From assembly GCA_948938605.1 (NCBI GenBank), contig CARAIG010000061.1, positions 1,513 through 65,512 of the forward strand: a stretch of DNA of 64,000 bases, given 5' to 3'. Each line of letters opens with the position of its first letter. Positions within the stretch are counted from its first letter, which is position 1. Below, piece by piece: positions 47,336 to 56,890 of the stretch. A model generated the notes under the pieces. That model was not told the origin of the DNA and did no database searches. It was given only the letters and a program-made list of their open reading frames with translations. Source of the DNA: an uncultured Eubacteriales bacterium. GTDB taxonomy: Bacteria > Bacillota > Clostridia > Christensenellales > CAG-314. A program made the position numbers and the translations under genes.

Positions 47336-48439
47336 ATGAAAGTAAACGAAATTACCGTTTGCTACTTGCGCAATCTTGCAAAGCAAACGGTAAAACCAAG
47401 CGGAAAACTTAATATTTTTTGCGGCGACAACGCGCAAGGAAAAACAAACTTGGTAGAAAGCGTTTACTTGTGTGCAATAGGGAAAAGTCCGCGTACCGAC
47501 AAGGACAAGGAAATGATTTGTTGGAACAAGGATTACGCCTATGTAAAAATACGTTATACCTGCCGATACGGCGACGGCGAAATATACGTAGCGCTGCGTT
47601 CCAACGCAAAAAAGCAAATTGCGGTAAATTCCGTACCCATAACCAAAATGGGCGAACTTATGGGTTACCTTAACTGCATTTACTTTTCGCCGAACGAAAT
47701 TAAAATAATTACGCAATCACCCGTTGAAAGGCGTCGGTTTTTAGATATTGACTTGTGCCAAACTGACAAAAACTACTATTACAGTTTGTCTAGGTTTAAC
47801 AAGGCTCTTGCGCAACGCAACAACATCCTTAAACAATCGGCAAACGTTGACGAAGCGCGCGACTTGCTGTTTGCTTGGGACGCGCAAATTGCCGACGAAG
47901 GAGCCAAAATAATACGCAAGCGCAAAGAGTTTTGCGACAAACTTAAAGTGTACGCCAAACAATGCCATTCGGCATTAACCGACAACAAGGAAACATTGGA
48001 GCTGGAATATATTACCCAAATAAAAGGGGACAGCGTTAATGAACTTACGGCAAACTACGCCGATACTCTTGCAAAAAACGTTGAAAAAGACTTTCAGTTG
48101 CGGTACACAAGTTCGGGCTGCCAACGGGACGACATATCCCTTAAAATCAATGACGTAGACGTACGCAGTTTCGGCAGTCAAGGACAGTTGCGCACCACCG
48201 CCTTGTCGTTAAAACTTGCCGAACTGAAAATATTTAAAGACATCATCGGCGAATATCCCGTTATGATACTTGACGACGTTTTGTCCGAACTGGACATTGA
48301 CAGACAAAAACGGCTGCTTAATTTCGACAGCGGTTTGCAAATACTGCTTACCACCGCTACCGAAATAGACAAGTCGCTCATTCAAACGGATTGCAAATAT
48401 TTTAATATTAAAAACGGAGTCTGCAAACAAGCGGATTAA
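47336..48439 (+). CDS. recF: DNA replication and repair protein RecF
   Basis: 367 aa. Walker A GDNAQGKTN, FSPNEIKII, RRRFLD, GSQGQLRT, and Walker B ILDDVLSELD. Confidence 0.95.
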   Translation: MKVNEITVCYLRNLAKQTVKPSGKLNIFCGDNAQGKTNLVESVYLCAIGKSPRTDKDKEMICWNKDYAYVKIRYTCRYGDGEIYVALRSNAKKQIAVNSVPITKMGELMGYLNCIYFSPNEIKIITQSPVERRRFLDIDLCQTDKNYYYSLSRFNKALAQRNNILKQSANVDEARDLLFAWDAQIADEGAKIIRKRKEFCDKLKVYAKQCHSALTDNKETLELEYITQIKGDSVNELTANYADTLAKNVEKDFQLRYTSSGCQRDDISLKINDVDVRSFGSQGQLRTTALSLKLAELKIFKDIIGEYPVMILDDVLSELDIDRQKRLLNFDSGLQILLTTATEIDKSLIQTDCKYFNIKNGVCKQAD

Positions 48440-48464
48440 CATATAACAAAGGCTGTATAAACAA

Positions 48465-49460
48465 ATGAACATATCGCACGACAAATACAAACGTTTAGAC
48501 GTTTTAACAAAACAAAAATACATCAAATTTATAAAAGACGCATTCGAACGCAAATTGGCAAAAAATTTAAATTTAACGCGCGTATCCGCGCCGTTGTTCG
48601 TCACGCGCGAAAGCGGCTTGCAAGACGACCTTAGCGGAAGCGAGCGCAAAGTGTCGTTCGATGTGGCAAAAGACGGCAGAACTTTGGAAATTGTACAATC
48701 GCTTGCCAAATGGAAGCGTATGGCTTTATACAAATACGGTTTTCCCTGCCATCAAGGACTTTATACCGATATGACCGCAATACGCCGCGACGACCAAATG
48801 GACGAACTGCACTCCGTTTACGTCGACCAATGGGACTGGGAAAAAATCATCGATGCAAAAGACCGCAATATAGACTATCTTAAACAAACCGTCAAAAAAA
48901 TCGTCCGCGCCGTAAAGCAAACAAACGACAGTCTTGCAAAACAAGGCTTTGACGTTATTGACATTTGCCAAGACGTATATTTTGTAACAAGTCAGCAACT
49001 TTTAGATATGTATCCCGATAAAACAGCAAAAGAACGCGAATATATTGCAGTAAAACAATATAAAACGGTATTTATTATGCAAATAGGGGAAAACTTATCT
49101 AACGGTCAACCGCACGACTTACGAGCGCCCGACTATGACGATTGGCACTTAAACGGCGACTTGCTGTTTTATCACGAAGTATTGGACTGCTCTTTCGAAC
49201 TGTCCAGTATGGGCATACGCATAAACGCCGACAGTTTAACAAAACAAATAAATGCAACGGGCAATTACGAACGCCTTGAATACGAATATCACCAAGCGGT
49301 GCTTGCAAACAAACTGCCGCTTACAATCGGCGGAGGAATAGGACAAAGCCGCTTGTGTATGCTGTTGCTCAAACGAGCGCACATCGGGGAAGTTCAATCG
49401 TCTTACTGGGACAATAAAACATTAGAAGAATGTAAAAAACTTAATGTCGAATTATTGTAA
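48465..49460 (+). CDS. asnA: Aspartate--ammonia ligase (asparagine synthetase A)
   Basis: 331 aa, collinear by eye with E. coli AsnA. Shared stretches are VQSLAKWKR, HSVYVDQWDWEK, HDLRAPDYDDW, ELSSMGIR and IGGGIGQSRLCMLLL. Confidence 0.92.
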   Translation: MNISHDKYKRLDVLTKQKYIKFIKDAFERKLAKNLNLTRVSAPLFVTRESGLQDDLSGSERKVSFDVAKDGRTLEIVQSLAKWKRMALYKYGFPCHQGLYTDMTAIRRDDQMDELHSVYVDQWDWEKIIDAKDRNIDYLKQTVKKIVRAVKQTNDSLAKQGFDVIDICQDVYFVTSQQLLDMYPDKTAKEREYIAVKQYKTVFIMQIGENLSNGQPHDLRAPDYDDWHLNGDLLFYHEVLDCSFELSSMGIRINADSLTKQINATGNYERLEYEYHQAVLANKLPLTIGGGIGQSRLCMLLLKRAHIGEVQSSYWDNKTLEECKKLNVELL

Positions 49461-49568
49461 CACAACGGATTTTGTCGGCATATAATACAAACGTTGCACA
49501 GTCAATTTTGTAAAAATATGTCGTTAAATTCGTTGTAAAAAATTTTTAAATTTTTTTTGTTTAAAAAC

Positions 49569-49597
49569 TTGACATTATTTATCGACATCACTATAAT
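49569..49597 (+). promoter_or_regulatory. Perfect consensus sigma-A promoter: TTGACA, 17 nt, TATAAT
   Basis: TTGACATTATTTATCGACATCACTATAAT, 60 nt upstream of the 115-aa gene. Confidence 0.6.
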
Positions 49598-49604
49598 GTG
49601 TGCT

Positions 49605-49632
49605 TGTGCGTAACTATACGCACATTTTTTTT
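49605..49632 (+). terminator. Terminator-like hairpin plus T8, located between the consensus promoter and the RBS of the 115-aa gene
   Basis: TGTGCGTA ACTA TACGCACA followed by TTTTTTTT. It starts about 8 nt after the -10 hexamer. Confidence 0.55.
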
Positions 49633-49656
49633 GTCAAAAATCAGGAGGATTAAAAA

Positions 49657-50004
49657 ATGAAAAAAGTGTTGTTAAATACATCGCTTGTGATTGCGGGCGT
49701 TATTGCCTTTGCGTTTATTGCCACAAGCGTATATTCCGTTTCCGACACTGTGCTTGGCGGAGGAAATGCGGCAAGTCAGCCCAAACTGTCGGCAAGTATA
49801 GACGAAGACAGCGTCTGTTTCGATACAAACGATATAGACAGCCTTAGACCGTCGCTTGACGTAGTTTACACAAACCAATACGGTCAACGGGTTTCGGTTT
49901 TAGGGTACAGCCTTTCCGCTTCGGTACAAAACGGAATATGTACGGTTTACGTTATGTATAACGGACTGACAACGGGCGTAAAATTTAACGTAAACCAACT
50001 GTAA
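49657..50004 (+). CDS. Small secreted or membrane-anchored protein (115 aa) of unknown function
   Basis: AGGAGG lies 8 nt before the ATG. The N-terminal hydrophobic segment is LLNTSLVIAGVIAFAFIATSVYS, followed by a beta-rich remainder. Confidence 0.7.
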   Translation: MKKVLLNTSLVIAGVIAFAFIATSVYSVSDTVLGGGNAASQPKLSASIDEDSVCFDTNDIDSLRPSLDVVYTNQYGQRVSVLGYSLSASVQNGICTVYVMYNGLTTGVKFNVNQL

Positions 50005-50055
50005 AACCAACCCGCGCAAAACAGCGTATTACAACTTAATAAGTGTTTATCGCGG

Positions 50056-50084
50056 GGGACGGATACAAACGTCCCTTTGCTTTT
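50056..50084 (+). terminator. Weak intrinsic terminator after the 115-aa gene
   Basis: GGGACG, an 8-nt loop, CGTCCC, then TTTGCTTTT. Confidence 0.4.
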
Positions 50085-50203
50085 ACATAAAAACGTTTTA
50101 AGCCGATACATTCACCAAATTAAAAATTAAGCAAACTTATTAGATTAATTAAATTTCCGCTCACATTCATTAAATTATTTTTCCTGATACTGCGGTTAAA
50201 CAC

Positions 50204-50245
50204 AAAAAAATACGAACACAATGTCAGCGTGTTCGTATTTTATAT
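50204..50245 (-). terminator. Intrinsic terminator closing the long minus-strand glycan operon
   Basis: 10-bp stem ATACGAACAC / GTGTTCGTAT, followed on the minus strand by TTTTTTT. Confidence 0.65.
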
Positions 50246-50291
50246 TTTTATAAAATTGTTTTCAATACCGATAGATAACCGTAATATGAAA

Positions 50292-50954
50292 CTACATTTT
50301 TTGCAATTGTTCGGCAATCTTTTTTGCAAGCAAACGGTGCCCGTAGTTTGACGGGTGCAACTGATCGTGACACAACACGTCTAATTCCTGTCCCAAAGCA
50401 AACTGCGGATCGTCAAATAAATTCAAAACCGTAAGCCCCTTGTTATTTGCAATTGCAATCATTGCGGATACGTATTCCGACAATTCGCCGGTGGCAAAAT
50501 TCCTGCCGCCGTCGCCGACGGGACCGCTTATGTCTCCGCGCGGAGTAGGCGTAACAATCAATATTGGCTTGCCGCGATAATTTTGAAGCAGAATATCGCA
50601 AAGCACATTAAACTGCCCGCAAAACGTTGTATCCTTATCCGTCAAACTGCCAATGGGAACGTCACCGTGACCGTAGTCGTTGGTACCGCCAAGCACTACT
50701 ACCGCATCGGCGTTGTGATCCATACGTTTAGCGCGGGTTACAAAGTCTTCCCACCAGGATTCGTCCTGTTCCTTTATGCCGTAAGGGCGCAAACGTTTGG
50801 CAATGCACGTACCGCACACGCCGTAATTCCTTGCTTTTGCAAGAAGATACTCGCGCTCCATAACCGCAACGAAACCGTATTCCAACGAGGTTGCGCCGCC
50901 CGCTTCCGTAAAACTGTCGCCTAAAAAATTGATAACTTTACCTTCAAGATTCAT
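50292..50954 (-). CDS. SGNH/GDSL-family hydrolase (probable carbohydrate acetylesterase), cytoplasmic
   Basis: 220 aa. Block I NFLGDSFTE, block III GGTNDYG, block V DQLHPS. No signal peptide. Confidence 0.85.
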   Translation of the reverse strand: MNLEGKVINFLGDSFTEAGGATSLEYGFVAVMEREYLLAKARNYGVCGTCIAKRLRPYGIKEQDESWWEDFVTRAKRMDHNADAVVVLGGTNDYGHGDVPIGSLTDKDTTFCGQFNVLCDILLQNYRGKPILIVTPTPRGDISGPVGDGGRNFATGELSEYVSAMIAIANNKGLTVLNLFDDPQFALGQELDVLCHDQLHPSNYGHRLLAKKIAEQLQKM

Positions 50955-50967
50955 ATTATTTACCTTT

Positions 50968-52008
50968 TTAACATTCTAAACTGTTTAAAATTTCCTTTAC
51001 GCTAAGCGTTGCCAAACAAATACACTCGTCGCACGCACCGTAATAAATATGTACGCTGTCGCCGTCGACAGTTGCACCGCAGGAAAAAATAACGTTGGGC
51101 ATAAATCCGTCCACTTCGTAAGGTTTTTCGGGATACAAAATAGGCTGCTCGCTCCTGGCAATAATTTTTGACGGATCGTCCTTGTCCAAAAGCAACGCTC
51201 CCAAACAATACTTATCTCCTTCCGCGCATCCGTGATAAATTTCCAGCCACCCCTTTTCCGTCAAAAACGGTACGCAGCTTGCGCCGATTCGGCAACTGTC
51301 GAAATGGTCTTCGCGCAAGTCGCACAGCAATTTGTGATTACCGAAGGTAAGCAAATCGTCCGAATAGCTTAACCAAATTTCCGGACGTTGGAAATACGCG
51401 CTTACAGGTCTGTTAAACACACAAAACTTGCCGTTGATTTTTTGCGGAAAAATTACTACGTCTTTATTGTCGGGCATAAACATAATGCCCAGTTTTTCCA
51501 CTGTAACAAAGTCCTTTGTACGAGCCAAACAAGTAAACACTCCATGGCGCGAACTGGAACTGTAATTAATGTAATAATAACCGTCGACAAACGTAATGCG
51601 CGGATCTTCGATGCCGTATTCCTCGTAGAAATAGTCCGACGATAAAAACGGCTCGTCGTCAATTTTAAAATCCACGCCGTTTTTGCTGCGGGCAATGCGT
51701 ATATGCGATTTACTTGTAAGATACAGTTGTTCCTTAGTTTTAACAAAACGCACGTCGGAAAAATCGATATCCGAATCGTTTTTGTCAAAATCCAATATCA
51801 CTTCCTGTTTTTTAGTGCTATCGTATACGGGCACCCTGACAAAGCCGTTGCGGTCCTTTGCTTTTTCCGCAACGCGGACAAGCAATATCGTTTCGTCATT
51901 GTAGTGGGCAACACCGCAGTTAAATGCTCCCAACACTTCCATTTCGTCATTGCTGGGACGAACATCGTATTTAGTAATAATCGGGTTTTTATTGCATCTT
52001 TTAGTCAT
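50968..52008 (-). CDS. GH130-family glycoside phosphorylase/hydrolase (beta-mannoside type), cytoplasmic
   Basis: 346 aa. NPIITKYDV...GAFNCGVAHYNDETILLVRVAE...YGIEDPRITFVDGYYYINYSS...FPQKINGKF, which fits the five-bladed propeller GH130/DUF377 pattern. Confidence 0.85.
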   Translation of the reverse strand: MTKRCNKNPIITKYDVRPSNDEMEVLGAFNCGVAHYNDETILLVRVAEKAKDRNGFVRVPVYDSTKKQEVILDFDKNDSDIDFSDVRFVKTKEQLYLTSKSHIRIARSKNGVDFKIDDEPFLSSDYFYEEYGIEDPRITFVDGYYYINYSSSSRHGVFTCLARTKDFVTVEKLGIMFMPDNKDVVIFPQKINGKFCVFNRPVSAYFQRPEIWLSYSDDLLTFGNHKLLCDLREDHFDSCRIGASCVPFLTEKGWLEIYHGCAEGDKYCLGALLLDKDDPSKIIARSEQPILYPEKPYEVDGFMPNVIFSCGATVDGDSVHIYYGACDECICLATLSVKEILNSLEC

Positions 52009-55000
52009 AAAAATTCTCCTCGTCGTCTTTATCGAAGTAATGCGTTAAAACGGGGTAACCGTCCGATTGCGTAAGCCTGATTGCTTTTACAAATTTATCC
52101 GACGGATGCTCCGTTACAATGCGGATTTCCTTACTGTCATCTTTAAGGGGAACTTTAAACACTCCCCTGTTGCTGCGGTCGACTTTTTTTGCAAATTGAC
52201 GCTCCTGCGAAGAAAAGGCAGGTATTCCGTCCACAAGTATTTGAAATACGTCAGAGTGCGCCATATCGCCCACCGCAACTACCGCATAACGGTAATTTCC
52301 AAGCAGGTTTGCCTTAACTCCGTTTTCGGTACGTTTCAATTTAAGTACGGGGCTGTTTGATACCGCTTGCAATTTGCACACTTGCATTTGCGTTACGGAC
52401 AACCCCAAACCTTGGGACGAAACGGCGGAAATTTTAATCGTCGCTTGACCGTCCTCATCTAACCTAAAAACAAAGTTTTGCGGAAATTCTGCCGTTGCCA
52501 AAACCGTTTCGGTTCCGTTACGCAGTAACGACACAGTGTATTTTGTGCCGTTGTTGACTGCGCCCACCGCCAATTCCAGCAAACTGCCTGCGCTGCCGTT
52601 AAATGCAAATTGGGCAATTCCCGTATCTGTTTGAAGCGACGTTCTGTAAAACATCAAACAGTGTCCGTCCGTCACGCAATCGAAACCCGAACATTGCAAA
52701 TCGGCGCACGTTTCAAAATCAAACTTGTAATCGAAGGTCCGTTTTTGCGGAGTTATTTGTACGCTATCAAATACTTTTGTGCAATTGCCCGATATGCCGA
52801 CAACGCTGAATACGTGATGCAATTCGCCGTCGACAGTAAGCCGTAAATTATTTGACTGCACCTTATAAACGTTGCCGCCTAACTCCGTTTTGTCCGTTAT
52901 AATGTAAAAATCGCATTCTACGTTTTGCCAAGACAAAACGATATTGTCCGACAATCTTGTCAAATTGACTTTTTGCGCAAGTTTCTGTTCCGAAACGGCA
53001 ATTAATCGGTCGGAAATTTTTGACAGTACAACCGACGTAATACCGACAGGAAACGTTAACACAACACCTTGCGCTAACTGCTCGGAAGATAGCGTACAGC
53101 AAAGGTCACCGATTTTTAAAATATAAAGTCCTTTTTCCGTACGGAAATCGATAATTGCCGACTGATCACAAGTACTGCTGTTAAATACCCGAAATGCGTA
53201 ATTGTCACGCGGCAAAGTATTGTAACAGTTAGTACAAATTACCGACACAAACTTGTTGTAAGAGCGGGCGAAATTTTCATACATTAAATTTGCCAAAAAC
53301 AATTCGCCGCTGCCGTAAATTTCCTTAATTTGACGCCTGTCCGACTGACTTCCGCCGCACAATCCGGGGTTGTCGCCGATATGGCCCGTGGAAAACTCGT
53401 AAGGAATATATTCGCCGCCGAAACTTTCGTAATCGCGCTGTAAATTGCCGTACGGATTGCCGTTAATAGGCAATGCCGCCAAAGCGCTTTGCTTGTTTAA
53501 AGCATATAAACGGAATACCGACAAATCGTTGCAATACTCCAAATAGGGAACCATTAACCATAAGGATTCCTCCATTTCCCTAAATGCTTCCCAGCGTTCC
53601 TGCGCGCAAGCATAACCGAAACCGACAGGCGAAAAGAACGCATACGGATGCGGATTGAGATAGTAGAAAGAAAAGATACCTTGCGCAACGCGACGGGCGT
53701 GTTGCAAATATTCCGTTTTACCGGTATGCAAATATGCAAAGACGTTTGCACGCACCAATGCGCCTATTGCAATAGGTTTGGGCGCGCACCGCATAGAAAA
53801 CATACGGTCGTAGTCCAATTTGTTTGCAACGTCTACCGAAGACAACGCATAATTAAGATGGTAATCTTCCCCCGTAATTTTGTAAGCGTTAAACTGAATA
53901 AGCGCATACAACGCTTCGGCTCCGCCGCTGCCGCCGTCGGTATTGCCTGTAACGGGCTTATGGGTGTCCAAATCGTAAGTTACGGGTTGAGTAAAATCGT
54001 CGTTGCGTAAACTTTCGACAAACGGCAAAACCTTTAAAAAACCTTCGGTAATAACGCCGTCGTTTTCCAAAATTGCCATTTCGCCAAGCAAATTAACCCT
54101 ATCGAAATATTTGAACGTGGAAAGCAAATTGGGACCTTCTTCGTGTCCGTCGTAATCGGAAAACAAATCGTCGCGCTTGATATCCGACGCCACGCCCGAA
54201 TCCTGCGGAATAGCGCCCCAAGCATGGTGGAAAAATCCCTTTGCATTGTGGCAGTCGGCTATCCAAGGATGCGCAGCCGATGTATCGCACAAGTGACGCA
54301 CTTGATTGCGAATATAATCGGCAGGACCTTTTAGTCCGTTACTCAAAACAAAACGGTACATTCCTTTGGCAACGTCTAAACAAGCAAAACTTTCGCTGTA
54401 CGCGCCTATTTCGTGATAGCCGTACGGGTTAAACGTGCCCGTACCGTCGCGAACAATAGCGCGCTTGTCCATAAGATTGCTTACAAGTCCCAAACTCGCT
54501 TCGAAGTAGGACTGCACGTTTTGCCCTTGCTGTACGCTAAATTCATTACGCCAATACGGTATGTTTTCCAACAAAATTTCCGCACAGTTGCCTACTAAAT
54601 CGAACAGACTGTCCGTATTAATCTGTGCAAAATACAGTATACCTTTAAGGCTTTCGCCTTTTTTAAGCTGCGTTTGCTCGTTAACCAAACAAATACCGTT
54701 AACATCGGCATTGACGAATCTAAGCGGGATTGACGTTTTGTAGTAGTCCGCAACGATACATATACCGAAACCGTCGCCAAGCGCCGCAACAGCGGGGAAA
54801 GCAAACGGCAAAGCGGTATGACTGACCGAAAGTTGATGAGTCATAATAACGCTTTTGTTTACGCTATGCAAAAATCCCAACTTAACGCTTTGCTCGGATA
54901 ACTCCAAGTTCCGTTCAGCAGTTAAAACAATTTCGTATTTAGTCGAATTGTGCGCTTGCGTTGTGTTTGTGACGCACTTAATACCGTCGGGCAAACACAC

Positions 55001-55021
55001 ATCCAAATTGTATTTATTCAT
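52001..55021 (-). CDS. Large cytoplasmic protein (1006 aa) of unknown function within the glycan operon; candidate novel carbohydrate-active enzyme
   Basis: Uninterrupted ORF with AAGGG before the ATG and no signal peptide. I recognised no family motif. The middle region is helix-rich (HPWIADCHNAKGFFHHAWG...AEALYALIQFNAY...) and the C-terminal third is beta-rich. Confidence 0.8.
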   Translation of the reverse strand: MNKYNLDVCLPDGIKCVTNTTQAHNSTKYEIVLTAERNLELSEQSVKLGFLHSVNKSVIMTHQLSVSHTALPFAFPAVAALGDGFGICIVADYYKTSIPLRFVNADVNGICLVNEQTQLKKGESLKGILYFAQINTDSLFDLVGNCAEILLENIPYWRNEFSVQQGQNVQSYFEASLGLVSNLMDKRAIVRDGTGTFNPYGYHEIGAYSESFACLDVAKGMYRFVLSNGLKGPADYIRNQVRHLCDTSAAHPWIADCHNAKGFFHHAWGAIPQDSGVASDIKRDDLFSDYDGHEEGPNLLSTFKYFDRVNLLGEMAILENDGVITEGFLKVLPFVESLRNDDFTQPVTYDLDTHKPVTGNTDGGSGGAEALYALIQFNAYKITGEDYHLNYALSSVDVANKLDYDRMFSMRCAPKPIAIGALVRANVFAYLHTGKTEYLQHARRVAQGIFSFYYLNPHPYAFFSPVGFGYACAQERWEAFREMEESLWLMVPYLEYCNDLSVFRLYALNKQSALAALPINGNPYGNLQRDYESFGGEYIPYEFSTGHIGDNPGLCGGSQSDRRQIKEIYGSGELFLANLMYENFARSYNKFVSVICTNCYNTLPRDNYAFRVFNSSTCDQSAIIDFRTEKGLYILKIGDLCCTLSSEQLAQGVVLTFPVGITSVVLSKISDRLIAVSEQKLAQKVNLTRLSDNIVLSWQNVECDFYIITDKTELGGNVYKVQSNNLRLTVDGELHHVFSVVGISGNCTKVFDSVQITPQKRTFDYKFDFETCADLQCSGFDCVTDGHCLMFYRTSLQTDTGIAQFAFNGSAGSLLELAVGAVNNGTKYTVSLLRNGTETVLATAEFPQNFVFRLDEDGQATIKISAVSSQGLGLSVTQMQVCKLQAVSNSPVLKLKRTENGVKANLLGNYRYAVVAVGDMAHSDVFQILVDGIPAFSSQERQFAKKVDRSNRGVFKVPLKDDSKEIRIVTEHPSDKFVKAIRLTQSDGYPVLTHYFDKDDEENFYD

Positions 55022-55024
55022 ATA

Positions 55025-55891
55025 TTAACCCTTTATACCTGTCGTTGTGATACCTTCGACAAATACTCTTTGTGCAAAAAAGTACAATATTACTATGGGA
55101 ATAATGGTAATTACGTTAGCCGCGCTGATAATATTCCAAGGCAGTACCGTTCCGCCCGATATTCCCTGATTGCCCAATTCCGCTTGATAAATCATATAAT
55201 TGCCCTTTGCCAAGGTCCAAACGGACTGGTCTTCCAAATAAAGCAACGGACCGTACAAGTCGTTCCAGCAGTTTAGGAAAGTGAACACCGCAATCGTTAT
55301 GATAACGGGTTTTGCCAACGGCAACGCTATGCGGACGAAAATTCCAAACTCGCTGCAACCGTCCACTTCGGCAGCTTCCATCAACGACGAAGGAATACCG
55401 CGCATAAATTGACGTTGCAGGAAAATGTTGAAAATTCCCCCGCCGAACCATACCGGCACAATAAACGGGTAAAATGTGTTAATCCAGCCCAAATTTTTGT
55501 ACATTTCGAACATAGGGATATTGAGTACTTGCCCCGGAATAATCATACCTGACATAAAAATAGCAAATATTATTCCTGCGCCGGGCACTTTAAAACGCGC
55601 AAAACCGTATGCAACCAAAGCACTGGTTAAGCAGCAGCCCAATATACTTACAACCGTTATTATAAGCGTATTGCCTAAATATCTTAAATACGGGTTTTCG
55701 CCGAGAACCTTGCCGAAAGCTTCCAATGAAAAGCTCGAACCGAACAGTTTAGACGGATTTAGCATTAAATCGTCGTACGTCCGCACGCTTGTTGCAAACA
55801 ATACGATAAGCGGCATCAACATTACCACCGAAATAGATATGAGTAACAAATAGGTTACTATTTTCCCTAACTTTTTGTGATTCTTTTTCAT
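55025..55891 (-). CDS. Carbohydrate ABC transporter permease (MalG/UgpE-like)
   Basis: 288 aa with six TM helices. The EAA loop is LMEAAEVDGCSEFGIFVRIALPLAKP. Confidence 0.9.
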   Translation of the reverse strand: MKKNHKKLGKIVTYLLLISISVVMLMPLIVLFATSVRTYDDLMLNPSKLFGSSFSLEAFGKVLGENPYLRYLGNTLIITVVSILGCCLTSALVAYGFARFKVPGAGIIFAIFMSGMIIPGQVLNIPMFEMYKNLGWINTFYPFIVPVWFGGGIFNIFLQRQFMRGIPSSLMEAAEVDGCSEFGIFVRIALPLAKPVIITIAVFTFLNCWNDLYGPLLYLEDQSVWTLAKGNYMIYQAELGNQGISGGTVLPWNIISAANVITIIPIVILYFFAQRVFVEGITTTGIKG

Positions 55892-55892
55892 A

Positions 55893-56807
55893 TCAACCTT
55901 CGTCGCCGTAGAATATCCATTTTTTACTTAAAGCAAAGTAAATAATCGTAATTATGCCCACAATAACAAACAAAATCCACGCCATTGCCGAGGCATACCC
56001 CATTTTGTAAGGCGCTTTGTATGCAATGTTATACAAACGCAATACGTAAAACATTGTGGAGTTGCCCGGACCTGCGCCGCTGATTACAAAACCTTCGGTA
56101 AATACTTGCAATGCGCCGATTGTACCCATTACCAAGTTGTAAAAGAACACAGGGGACAATAACGGCAATGTTATCTTTGTCAGCTTCGTCCAAAATCCTG
56201 CGCCGTCAATATCGGCGGCATCGTAATACGAAGCGGGGATATCGTTAATACCGCTGATAAAAATTATCATCTTACTGCCGAAGCCGTACAAGGAAATCAG
56301 TATCAACGTAAGCAATGCAGTACTTGCGCTTTCCAACCAAATAGGCGGATTGGCTATACCTATTGCGCGCAGCATAGTGTTGACCATTCCGTTAGAAGGA
56401 TCGAATACCCACTTAAACATCAATGCCGATGCTACTGCCGGCAAAAGAGACGGCAAGTAAAATATTGTGCGGAACGTATTAAGAAATTTAACTTTGCGCG
56501 TAAGCAAAATTGCAGCAAACAAGCCGAAAACCAAAGTGCCTAAAACGTTAAATATCGCATAAATGAATGTGTTTTTAAGCGACAGCCAAAAATAACTGTC
56601 CTTGCCGCTAAGTAAATTAACATAGTTTTTAAACCCAACCCACTTAGCTTCATCCATATACAAAAGAGACGCGTCCGTAAAACTAAGATACAACGAACGC
56701 AACATCGGATACAACGTCAATAAAACAAATCCAAGCAACGCAGGCATTATAAATAAGTAAAAATTCCGTATTTTTCGGCGTTGTCGGACGCTTTTGATTT
56801 TACGCAT
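55893..56807 (-). CDS. Carbohydrate ABC transporter permease (MalF/UgpA-like)
   Basis: 304 aa. SLYLSFTDASL..., and the EAA loop is YYDAADIDGAGFWTKLTKITLPLLSP. Confidence 0.9.
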   Translation of the reverse strand: MRKIKSVRQRRKIRNFYLFIMPALLGFVLLTLYPMLRSLYLSFTDASLLYMDEAKWVGFKNYVNLLSGKDSYFWLSLKNTFIYAIFNVLGTLVFGLFAAILLTRKVKFLNTFRTIFYLPSLLPAVASALMFKWVFDPSNGMVNTMLRAIGIANPPIWLESASTALLTLILISLYGFGSKMIIFISGINDIPASYYDAADIDGAGFWTKLTKITLPLLSPVFFYNLVMGTIGALQVFTEGFVISGAGPGNSTMFYVLRLYNIAYKAPYKMGYASAMAWILFVIVGIITIIYFALSKKWIFYGDEG

Positions 56808-56826
56808 ATTTTCTCCTTTAATTCAT

Positions 56827-56861
56827 CATTGCGTAATGCCGCAAAAAAGCATTACGCAATG
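56827..56861 (-). promoter_or_regulatory. Intra-operon stem-loop between the binding-protein and permease genes
   Basis: Perfect 13-bp stem CATTGCGTAATGC / GCATTACGCAATG with a 9-nt loop and no trailing U-tract. Confidence 0.55.
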
Positions 56862-56890
56862 TGTGTAGCAACGTGAAATTAAAAACGCTG

